This document shows, piece after piece, positions 11,001 to 20,500 of a DNA stretch of 64,000 nucleotides. How positions within the stretch are numbered: the stretch's first letter is position 1; every line of letters begins with the position of its first letter. The notes under the pieces were generated by a model. It was given only the letters and a program-made list of their open reading frames with translations. It did no database searches and was not told the origin of the DNA. Source of the stretch: an uncultured Lachnospiraceae bacterium (GTDB lineage: Bacteria; Bacillota; Clostridia; Lachnospirales; Lachnospiraceae). Location: the NCBI GenBank assembly GCA_964367905.1, contig CAYIZP010000008.1:11596-75595 (forward strand). Direction: 5' to 3'. The translations under genes and the position numbers were made by a program.

Positions 11001-14000
11001 AGATAACTCCTATTTTGCAGCACCTGAGAGTTATCATAGTTCTAAAAATACAGAGCCAGGACAACAGGCCTATAGTTTGCAGCTAAGGATGGATGAGAAT
11101 GAACTACTCCTAAGAGAGGCAACAGAATTACTCAAAATCACTAATCTGGGTAATTCGGTAGGTCAGTACTCGAAAGAGGTGTATGATGAGCTAGCAGCGA
11201 AGAAATCAGAGATGGAAACATTGATGGAAGATCTAGATGCGACAGACGAAGCGAAGAGGGCAATGGCAAGTGCACTTATTAAGGCAATGAATGATTTTAA
11301 AAACTCAAGAATTATGAATGATGATACTTATACTTATCATTTTTATGAGGATTTTGAATCAAGATATGATACGCAAGATCTAAGTGGAATGGCTGGCACT
11401 ATTTCTAAAATGGAAATAGAAAAAGAAGGGGATAATGCATATCTATCGTGCTCGCGTGATTTATCATGGAATATTGAGCCACAAGAATCATTTCTTATAA
11501 CAGAATATAGATTCAAAGCCAATAGTGGAACATGGACGATGTTCCCAACGATGTATGATGGACCATTTATCAAAGGTCAGAGAGATCTGCCAGGACCAAG
11601 TATCATCACAAAAGGAAGTGGTGCAGGGGCACAATTTCAAGTTAGAAACCCAGAAATCAATAACTGGCAAAATGTTACAGATGGCTACATAAATTATAAC
11701 GAGTGGTATAGTGCAAAGATAGAGGTAAATGTTAGTGAACAAAAGTATGATTTCTATCTGAATGACAAACTAGTAGTAGATGATATGGGATTTAGAAGTT
11801 CCGATGTAGAAGTAATATCTGAGATTATATTTGGTGGAGCGGATGGTCTAAATTATCAATTGGATGATGTGAAGATTTATACTTATAAAAATCCAGTTCA
11901 ATCAATATCACTAGACCAAGATACAGTTACGATGAATACAGGCGAAGAAACCACACTTATTGCGACTGTTTTACCGGAGAATGCAACAAATAAAGGTGTA
12001 TCATGGACTTCAAGTAATGAAGCGGTGGCAACAGTTAGTAGCGAGGGTGTTGTAACTGGGGTTTCGGTTGGGAAAGCGATTATAACAGCGGAGACTAACG
12101 ACGGAGGAAAGACAGATACATGCGAAATCATGGTTGAGTCAGTAGAGGCAGGATATTCAATTGAAATTATAGGAGGAGAAGCAAGTCAAGAAACAGGTAA
12201 GAATGGCGAACTCATTTCTATCAAAGCAAATGTGCCAGCAGGTAAATTGTTTGACAAATGGGTATCGAATGATGTTGAGTTTAGTGATGCGAATGCACAG
12301 ATTACAGTATTCTCCATGCCAGCAAAAGCAGTTTCTATCACGGCGACATTTAAGGAGCCTACTGAGTATAACTATCTAATCAAAGATGATTTCGAAGCTC
12401 GATTTGAGAGTCAAGATATGACGGGAATTGATGGTGATGCTACGAAGTTGTCAATTGTAAAGGATGGAGAAGATGCAGTGATGTCTGCGCAGACACAATT
12501 CAACTACTTTATTGAAGGTCAAGACGAGTATCTTGCTGCAAAGTATGATTTTAGAGTGATGAATAATACATGGACAAGTTTTCCAACCATGTATGATGGA
12601 CCATTCGAAAAAGATGTGAAGGATTTACCTGCGATAAGTCTTGTAACAGCTGGCAGTGGATCAGCAGCAAAAATGCAGGTTCGTGACCCAGAAAGCAATA
12701 GTTGGAAGGATGTTGCAGGTGGTGCTATTAATGTTGGAGAATGGTATAGTGCAAGAATAGAAGTTGATGTCTTGAACCAGACATATGATTATTACTTAAA
12801 TGATGTGTTGTTAGTAGATGATATTGGATTTAGAAGCACAGGTGCAAAATTAATTTCTCAAATTAATTTTGGTGGTGGTGCTGCTGGGATTGATTTCCAA
12901 TTAGATGATTTACAAATTTATACAACGGAAAAAGCGCCAGAGCCAGAAAAATATTCTGTACAAATATCGGGAGGAACAGCGGATAAGGCAACAGCATCGA
13001 AAGATGAGGTGGTGAAGATAACCGCAGAAATACCAGAAGGTAAGAAATTCGTGAATTGGACTTCAAATGATGGTGTAACATTTTCAGATGAAACCAAAGC
13101 AGAGACAAGTTTTATAATGCCAGAGAAGGCAGTATCAATTGTTGCTAATTATGTGGATAAGGTAATATTGGTAGAGTCGGTTGAGTTAAACAAAACAAAA
13201 ATCAACTTTACGAAAGCGGGAGAAACGGTGCAACTTCAAGCAACCATAACTCCAGAGTCAGCAACAAATAAACAAGTGACTTGGAAGTCAAGTGATGAGA
13301 AGATTGTGACAGTAGATAATGCAGGGGTAGTTACAGCGATTGCCAATGGTACTGCAAGCATTACTGTTAGTACAGAGGATGGAAATAAAATCGCAACATG
13401 TGAAGTTGTGGTTAATATTCCAAAGCAAAAGCAATCCATCTCAGTGATTGGCGGTACAGCGGATAAATCAGAAGCAGAGAAAGGGGAAACGATTACAATT
13501 AGCGCAGTTGTTCCAGAGGGAAAAGAGTTTGTAAATTGGTCAACAAGTGATGGGGTTGATTTCACAGATCAAAATGCGAAAAAAACAACGTTTACAATGC
13601 CAGAGTCAGACGTTGTAATAACAGCGAACTTCAAAGAGAAATCAAGTGAAGAAGACAAGCCAAATACTGGCGATCCAATTGTATTGCTGAAACCGGATAT
13701 AGATGGAACAAAGGCGAGTGCAACAATAGGGGATGAGACTATAAAAAATATGCTTGATAATCTTGCAAATAATGGGGATGGGCAGCTCGTAAAAGTTCAA
13801 ATTCAGAATACCGGAAGCAATGTAGATGAGGTTGATATTCAACTTAGCAAGGAGCTTGTAGCAAGGCTACTAGAAACAAATACAGATGGGATTGAAATCT
13901 CTACTGGACTTGCAACGCTTACCATAGACCAAGCAACACTAAAAACTATTTTAGAGAAGCAAGGAGATAAAGTAAGCATATCGGTGAAAAGAGTAGATGG

Positions 14001-14496
14001 GGAAAATTTATCACCAGAGGCCAAAGAGAGAATTGGAAACAGACCAATGTATGAATTTACAATTGAATCAGATGGAACAAAGATTACAAATTTTGGAGAT
14101 GGAAAGATTCGCGCATCCATTCCGTATAAACTAGAGGATGGAGAAAATCCTGACGAGCTTACTGTATACTATGTGCCATCGGATGGTAGCAATACTTTGG
14201 AGGAGATGGAAGATAGTCAATATGTACAACAAAGCCAGACGATCGTATTCTCAACAAATCATTTTTCTAAGTTTGCAGTAGGAGAAAAGGTATCGACTCA
14301 AACAGGAGAAGATAAGACTCCGCAAACAGGAGAAGATAAGACTCCGCAAACAGGAGAAGATAAAGCAACACAAACAGGAACAGATACAGTACCAAAGACA
14401 GGAGATGATACAAACTTTTGGCCAGTATACACAATGGTAATAGCTATTGTGGCAGCAACGGTTGTAATCCGTAAAAGAAAGAAAAGTATGAAATGA
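8026..14496 (+). CDS. Giant cell-wall-anchored GH115-type alpha-glucuronidase, paralog 1 (multi-domain)
   Basis: The ORF opens at 7987; ATG 8026 follows aaggagaagg. Signal peptide ends at ...AVQA. GH115-like core with RGTIYGIYDLSEELGVSPWYFWADV, then a GH115 C-terminal beta-sandwich (KHTLKVWMVDPAVSFDQIVIE). A FIVAR-like helical linker follows. Downstream modules are an unassigned ~190-aa module x2, Big_2 x2, InlB-B-repeat-like ~65-aa modules x3 and a C-terminal ~200-aa domain ending HFSKFAVGEK. The protein ends with a sorting signal. Confidence 0.75.
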   Translation: MRERRKWKVVWVLIAFSMIFSEFSMPLGAVQAAPEGPQAAPEDPKTSIEVVSESSTPTIYVDDNSDVAVLKAVENLQQDIDRVTTRTVEPPIVHDELQLNSSTGTKIIVGTIGQSKVIDEMIAADKIDSALLSNIKGAGKWSDKGKWESSIRVVVDGQIVIIGSDPRGTIYGIYDLSEELGVSPWYFWADVTPEKKSSVVIDSSDYVRYEPDVQYRSMYINDEVNLVLWSREIDPEYSIGPETYKLMYELMGRLNLNFLKPASHPYSSVFINPPDLPEGADPLQNIKNADEYAIVIGSPAPMFRNNLGEWPPFAEAWEEEHGYKPEFNYGYEKNREAIEAYWEEMVIALKDYEVVWSLGMRGLSDGAIMTPPGYTNEMKADLVTEVVSKQQEMLAKHINGDTDFTDGYDTEGIFQTFEVYKEVLDIYNAGLKDTLPEEAAIIWSEDNHGNIRQFPNEEEQARSGGNTLYYHLSYYGSPKSYIWLYTTPLSKVGSELDRAYANGIQKAWIFNVGDIKPAELAIDYAVNKAWDVDGLSANKTDEFVNQWMSDVFGTQHGEELADIIETSYQLAIARRPEFLGTNLFDPVNFGDEWTQRMKDYENLYLSVNALYDEAFKGEELDDAFYQLVVYPIRSAYHVNSKWYYTDMYNLYKEQGRGVATNYMASMAVQAQENEYAETEYYNKTMSDGKWDKIMNPYPPNIGLYIPSTPRIPTLTPIAITEETDIGVVVEGTRVAAETQTVEFSSITQDARFIDVFSKGIDTVNWSAQVSAEWINLTKTSGITSSERVWASVDWDKIPGGNQTGTITFTCEETESEIVVNIEAENTRNKADYTGYVEANGYISIEAENFDKKIERSGYEWVTYEDLGRSNHAMMTYPTVGDRITTDIANKAPELQYEINVNAAGEYDITFYRMPTLDGSAVRLAYALNDGEPQIISGDHNVGGDWSKNVLEGIEKLTAKINVPTEGKHTLKVWMVDPAVSFDQIVIETEENVDNSYFAAPESYHSSKNTEPGQQAYSLQLRMDENELLLREATELLKITNLGNSVGQYSKEVYDELAAKKSEMETLMEDLDATDEAKRAMASALIKAMNDFKNSRIMNDDTYTYHFYEDFESRYDTQDLSGMAGTISKMEIEKEGDNAYLSCSRDLSWNIEPQESFLITEYRFKANSGTWTMFPTMYDGPFIKGQRDLPGPSIITKGSGAGAQFQVRNPEINNWQNVTDGYINYNEWYSAKIEVNVSEQKYDFYLNDKLVVDDMGFRSSDVEVISEIIFGGADGLNYQLDDVKIYTYKNPVQSISLDQDTVTMNTGEETTLIATVLPENATNKGVSWTSSNEAVATVSSEGVVTGVSVGKAIITAETNDGGKTDTCEIMVESVEAGYSIEIIGGEASQETGKNGELISIKANVPAGKLFDKWVSNDVEFSDANAQITVFSMPAKAVSITATFKEPTEYNYLIKDDFEARFESQDMTGIDGDATKLSIVKDGEDAVMSAQTQFNYFIEGQDEYLAAKYDFRVMNNTWTSFPTMYDGPFEKDVKDLPAISLVTAGSGSAAKMQVRDPESNSWKDVAGGAINVGEWYSARIEVDVLNQTYDYYLNDVLLVDDIGFRSTGAKLISQINFGGGAAGIDFQLDDLQIYTTEKAPEPEKYSVQISGGTADKATASKDEVVKITAEIPEGKKFVNWTSNDGVTFSDETKAETSFIMPEKAVSIVANYVDKVILVESVELNKTKINFTKAGETVQLQATITPESATNKQVTWKSSDEKIVTVDNAGVVTAIANGTASITVSTEDGNKIATCEVVVNIPKQKQSISVIGGTADKSEAEKGETITISAVVPEGKEFVNWSTSDGVDFTDQNAKKTTFTMPESDVVITANFKEKSSEEDKPNTGDPIVLLKPDIDGTKASATIGDETIKNMLDNLANNGDGQLVKVQIQNTGSNVDEVDIQLSKELVARLLETNTDGIEISTGLATLTIDQATLKTILEKQGDKVSISVKRVDGENLSPEAKERIGNRPMYEFTIESDGTKITNFGDGKIRASIPYKLEDGENPDELTVYYVPSDGSNTLEEMEDSQYVQQSQTIVFSTNHFSKFAVGEKVSTQTGEDKTPQTGEDKTPQTGEDKATQTGTDTVPKTGDDTNFWPVYTMVIAIVAATVVIRKRKKSMK
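14299..14394 (+). repeat. Tandem 24-nt coding repeat (about 4 copies) encoding QTGEDKTP units
   Basis: caaacaggagaagataagactccg at 14299-14322 and 14323-14346 is identical. Copies 3 and 4 (14347-14394) are degenerate. Confidence 0.9.
14389..14496 (+). other. C-terminal cell-wall sorting signal of paralog 1 (VPKTG + hydrophobic helix + RKRKK tail)
   Basis: VPKTGDDTNFWPVYTMVIAIVAATVVIRKRKKSMK, an (S/P)PxTG-like motif as used by clostridial sortases. Confidence 0.7.
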
Positions 14497-14508
14497 TAGT
14501 TAGGAGAT

Positions 14509-14540
14509 AGGCTGACCACCTTGGGGTTAGCCTTTTCTCT
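14509..14540 (+). terminator. Terminator hairpin after GH115 paralog 1
   Basis: AGGCTGACC...GGTTAGCCT stem (one G-U pair) followed by TTTTCTCT. Confidence 0.6.
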
Positions 14541-14558
14541 GAATAGAGGAGAGGAAGA

Positions 14559-17500
14559 ATGAAACACGCTAAAAAAATTAGTATTTTATTATTCGCTAGT
14601 ATTTTGTTAAATCTGTTCAGCGGATTTATAACTGATATACAATCTGTTCAGGCGGCACCTGAAACAGCGAGCAGTTCTATTGTGGTGGCTAGTGCGACTT
14701 CAACACCCACGATATATGTTGACAAAGATCAGAGTGATATAGCTGTAATACGAGCGGTGGAGGATCTAAAAAAAGATATTGACCGCGTAACAACAAGTAC
14801 GGTAGAAGCAAATATTGTGAACGATAAGGGAACACTGGAATCAGCGAGTGGGACTAAAATTATTGTGGGAACTATCGGACACAGTGAAGTGATTGACCAG
14901 ATGGTAGAGGCGAATAAAATCCCTCAAAATCTACTGTCGAACATTCAAGGAAAAGGAAAGTGGAGTAGTGAAGGAAAGTGGGAGTCTTCGATACGAGTTG
15001 TTGTGGATGGACAAATTGTAATTATAGGAAGTGACCCTCGAGGGACAATCTATGGTATCTATGATTTGTCCGAGGAACTTGGGGTGTCTCCGTGGTATTT
15101 TTGGGGAGATGTTACACCAGAGAAACGTGACACGGTATCTGTCAATACAGCAGAAGTTGTTCGTGTAGAACCAGACGTGCAATATCGGGGAATATTTATC
15201 AATGACGAAGTAAACTTGATGTGGTGGTCGAAGGCAATTGATCCAGAATTCAGTATTGGACCTGAAACTTACAAGTTAGTTTACGAATTAATGTCAAGGT
15301 TAAATATTAACTTGTTGAAGCCTGCGATGCATACCTATTCAGATGAATTTTTGAACGATCCAAATTGGTCGGATTCAATTGATCCGCTAATCAATGTTAA
15401 AAATGCGGATGAGTATGGAGTGGTAATCGGATCTGCACAGCCGATGTTCCGAAAGAATGAAAATGAGTGGGCGCCATTTGCGGCACAGTATAAAGAGGAG
15501 CATAACTTGGATTTCACGCCAGAATTTGACTACTCATATGAAAAATATCGACCAGTAGTAGAGGCTTATTGGGAAGCACAAGTAGAGGCACTAGCCGAAT
15601 ATGAAGTGGCTTGGTCATTGGGAATGAGAGGAAAAGGAGATGGACCAATCGAGGTTAGAAATCCAGAATACCAATCCGATGCGAAAAAAGCAGAATTAGT
15701 AGATATGATTATTACAAAGCAGCAAGAAATTCTAGCAGAACATATTAATGGAGACACTGATTTTACAGATGGTATCGACTTGAATGGCATTTTCCAAACG
15801 TTTGAAGTATATAAAGAGGTGTTGACGATCTACAATGCGGGATTAAACGAAACACTGTCGGAAGAGGCGGCGATTATCTGGTCTGAAGATAATCATGGAA
15901 ATATACGACAGTTTCCGAATGAAGATGAGCAGGCAAGAGCGGCAGGAAACACATTATATTATCACTTATCTTACTGGGGATCTCCGCAGTCGTACCTGTG
16001 GCTCTATACAACTCCATTGAGTAAAGTTGGTTCCGAGCTAGACAGAGCGTATGAAAATGGAATCCAAAGAGCTTGGATCTTCAACGTTGGTGACATTAAA
16101 CCAGCGGAAATGGCATTGGAATTTTGCATTGACAAAGCTTGGGATGTAGAAGGGAACAACAAAGATAATACGGTAGAATATGTTGAAGATTGGAATGGAG
16201 ATATCTTCGGGGCAGAAAATGCAAAGGAAATCGAAGATATTATATCGACTCATTATTCACTTGGGATTGCAAGAAGACCTCAATTTACGAAAACAGACAC
16301 TTTTTCTCAGGAATATTTTGGGGATGAGTGGACAAAGCGTATGGTAGAATATGAAGATATCTTTCTGCGTGTAAACCAATTGTATGAGAATGATTATAAG
16401 GGAACAGCACAAGATGATTCTTTTTATCAATTGGTGGTATACCCAGTACGTGGAGCATATTATGCCAATCTTAAGTTTTATTATCAGGAACTCTACAACT
16501 TGTATAAAGAACAAGGTAGAGGTATTATAACGAATTATGTTGCATCTATGGCAAATGAAGCACAAGAGGGCGAGTTTGCAGAAACAAAGTATTATAATGA
16601 GGCAATGAGTGAGGGGAAATGGGAAGGTATCATGGATCCATACTCTAAATCGCCGAATGGCCAGAATCCACCAGATGCACCAAAACTTGCAAGTTTGCCG
16701 GCTATTACGATTACTGCGGACTCAAACATGGGTGTGATTTCTGAGGTTCAAAATACTTCGGGCGAGAAAAATGAATTAGCATTTTCAAGTATTACACAGG
16801 ACAGTCATTTTATCGATATATTTAGTACAGGAGGAAATTCTATCAGTTGGTCTGCCCAGACAGATGTAGACTGGCTCGCATTGTCTCAAACAATGGGAAA
16901 TACAATTAATGAAAGAGTGTGGGTGTCAGTTGATTGGAATCAGGTACCAGCAGAAGCTGTTAGCAATGCGACAATCACAATTCTTTGCCAAGAGACAAAA
17001 CAGGAAATCAAGGTGAAGATAACTGCTGACAATTCCAAGAATCGAGCGGATTATGAAGGGTATGTGGAGTCCGATGGATATATTTCAATTGAGGCTGAGA
17101 ACTTTGATAGGAGTACAAAGCGTGGTGACCATGAATGGGTCATCTATGAAGATTTGGGAAGAGAAAATGCCGCAATGATGACTTACCCAGTATCTGGAGC
17201 TCGTATTACTGAGAATATTTCTACCACATCGCCAGAACTCCAATACGATATCAATTTTGATAAGGCTGGAACATATGATATTACGTTCTATCGTATGCCA
17301 ACATTAGATGGTACAGCAGTGCGTTTTGCATATGCCCTAGATGACGGAGAACCGATTATAGTATCTGGAACTAAAACCTCAAGCGGGGATTGGAGCCAGA
17401 ATGTATTAGAAGGAATCGAGAAGTTAACGAGCGAGATTACGATTCCGTCGGCTGGTAAGCATACTTTGAAAGTATGGATGGTAGACCCAGCTGTAAGCTT

Positions 17501-20500
17501 TGACCAAATTGTAATCGAAACGGTAGATGGAATTCCGAGTACATATATGGCTCCACCTGAGAGTTACCACAGTACAAAGAATATGAATCCAGGCCAAGTA
17601 GCGACGGAATTATCACTAGAATTTGATGAAATGGAGCTAATCCTGAATCAAGCAGAAGGATTCCTTCGAATCACTAATTTGGGTGATGGATTAGGTCAGT
17701 ATTCGCAAGAGAAATTCAACGAATTAAAAGTAGCAACCGACGCATTAAAAGCAACTTTGGACAATCCAAGCGCGACAGAAGAAAATAAAATTCAAGCAAA
17801 AGAAGTAGTCGTTGCCGCCATGAGCGAATTTAGCTCATCTAGAAAAATGACAGATGGTGTGAATGAGTATCTGATATATGAAGACTTTGATTGGAGACAG
17901 GCTGGAAATGACACCAATGGGTTATCAGCAACAGGTGCATCGATTGTTTCAGATGATAGAGATGATACAAATGCAGTGTTGAATATGACTGGAGATCTAT
18001 TCTGGAATTTCCCATTACAGAATGAAGCGTTTACCGTGGAATATGAGCTGAAAACGATTGGAACAACTTGGACGAATTTGCCATATATCTATAAGAGTGG
18101 AGCATATGCGGGAACAAAAGCAACACCAGGACCATGTGTGGCAACAGAGGGCAGCAATTTCAAAGTACACAATGGATCTGGTTGGCAAACTAAAAATGTA
18201 ATTCAGAGCAATCAATGGGCAACAGTAAAAATAGAGATTGATACTCCTAATAAAACCTTCGATTTCTATTATAACGATGAACTGATTGCGGACGACTATG
18301 GATTTAGAGATAAAACATTAACAGAACTTGGCCAGATCTGGATGGGTGGCTCCAATGCAGGAAGGCATTTCCAACTAGATAATATGAAAGTGTATCAATC
18401 GATAGCGGGAACAAGAGTTAGTTTGAATAAAGAACAATTAAATCTTGTAAAAGGATTCTCGGAGAAATTAGAGGCGACCATAACACCTAGCGATACCGAA
18501 GTAGGTGGGTTATCGTGGAATAGTGATAACGAAGCGGTTGCAACAGTGGACAATGAAGGGAACGTAACAGCAATCAGCGCAGGAAAAGCTGTAATCACTG
18601 TGAAAGCAAATGACAATGATGCGATTAAGGCTAACTGTACGGTGACAGTCATTGATGTCGCAAACCATGCATCTATCGTGGAAGCTACAAATTTATTGGA
18701 AACAGTAGAAGTAGGAACTGAGCCAGGGCAATATCCAAATGATGTATATAGGGCGCTACAAGATGCAAAAGAAAATGCAATAACAATTTTGACAGATCAA
18801 ACAGCGACAGAGGCGAAAAAAGCAGAAGCAATCCAGTTGTTAGATCAAGCAATTACCAGATTAAAAGCCGCTAAGATTCCAGAAGAGCTCATCCCTGAGT
18901 ATTTGGTTCAAGAAGATTTCGAAGCTCGTCTTGAGAGTCAAGATATGACCGGGATAGAAGGGGATCATACAAAGATGGAAATAGTCAAGGATGGAGAGGA
19001 TGCAGTGATGTCTGCAAAAACTCAGTTCAACTTTTTTATTGATGCACAAGATAAAGTCTTGATAACTGAGTATGATTTCAGAGTCATGAATAACGCATGG
19101 ACAAGCTTCCCTACTATGTATGATGGTCCATTTAAACAGGGGGAAAGAGACCTGCCAGCGGTAAGCTTAGTTACAGCAAGTGCGGATTCACAGGCTAAAA
19201 TAAGAGTGCGAGACCCAGAAATCAATAATTGGAAAGATGTAGAAGGTGGCGCAATCAATGTTGGGGAATGGTATCATGTAAAAATCGAGGTCGATGTCGT
19301 AAATCAAACCTATGACTACTACTTGAATGATGTATTATTAGTAGAGGATATTGGATTTAGAAGCAAGGACGCCAAGGTAATATCGCAGATAAACTTTGGT
19401 GGTGGTGATCCTAAGATTGATTTCCAATTAGATGACTTGAAGATTTATACCTTAAAAGAAGTAGAGCCTGAACCAGAGCCACAAACATATGCGGTGACGG
19501 TAAACGGAGGAACAACCAGTAAAGCAACAGCTGTAAAAGATGAGATAATTACAATTACGGCAACAGTTCCAGATGGGAAAGAGTTTGTGAATTGGACGAG
19601 TGCAGATGGGGTAGTATTTGCAGAGATAGAGGCCAAAGAGACAACCTTTAAAATGCCAGAGAAAGCGGTAACAATTACAGCGAATTATAAGGATAAAGTT
19701 GTAACACCACCAGTAGACCCTAATCCAACGGACCCGACAGATCCAGAGGATCCAACAGATGCGACAGACCCGAGTGATCCTGATGAACCAGATAATTCGG
19801 TTGCACCTGTAATCCCTGTACAGCCGAGTGTAGACGGCATCAAGGCGGAGGCGAAGGTAGAAGATTCGGAAGTGACAGATGCACTCTCGAATGCAAAGGA
19901 CAATGGAAAAGGCCAGTGGGTGAAGATAGAAGTTGGAAATGTCGACCACAAGGTAAAGGAAGTGGTGGCTGAGTTTAGCATCAATAGCGTGGAAGCATTG
20001 CTCGAAGCAGAGACAAAAGGACTTCAAGTGAATACAGGAAAAGCTGTATTAGAGATTGATATGGAGACATTGAAGGTGATACAATCGAAAGCAGGAGAGA
20101 GTGTTTCAATTACAGTTAAGCAGTTAGAGAATACAGAGTTTTCAGATGTGATACAGGAAAGAGTTGGAAATAGACCAGTATTTGAATTTACGATAGAATC
20201 GGCAGGAGAGAGAATTACTTCCTTTGGAACAGGGAAAATCCGAGTTACGATTCCGTATGAGCTAGCAGAGGGTGAAAGTGCAGAGGATATTACTGTATAT
20301 TATATTCAGTCAGATAATACACTGATTGAGATGACAGATTGTGCATATGATGCGATAAACAAAGTCGTGACATTTACAACGGATCATTTTTCAAGGTTTG
20401 CGGTAGGCGAGAAGAAAGCAGAGGCGGTAAATCCTCCGATAGAAGTTAAGCCGACACCAACAGAGCCAAGCGTAATACCAACAACGGATAATCAAGCGCC

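Noticed and set aside
19700-19830. The Pro/Asp/Thr-rich stretch in GH115 paralog 2 as a possible nucleotide tandem repeat or mobile insertion.
   Set aside because: It is only a compositionally biased linker (PTDPTDPEDPTDATDPSDPDEPD) with no exact DNA periodicity. Such interdomain linkers are common.
19452-20027. A 191-aa minus-strand ORF, together with many other 60-155-aa antisense ORFs (for example 13236-13565, 31409-31840, 42535-43002, 45489-45884, 30347-30751).
   Set aside because: All lie entirely inside long, well-supported genes on the opposite strand. They have low-complexity or Cys/Ser/Leu-rich translations and no RBS. They are typical shadow ORFs.
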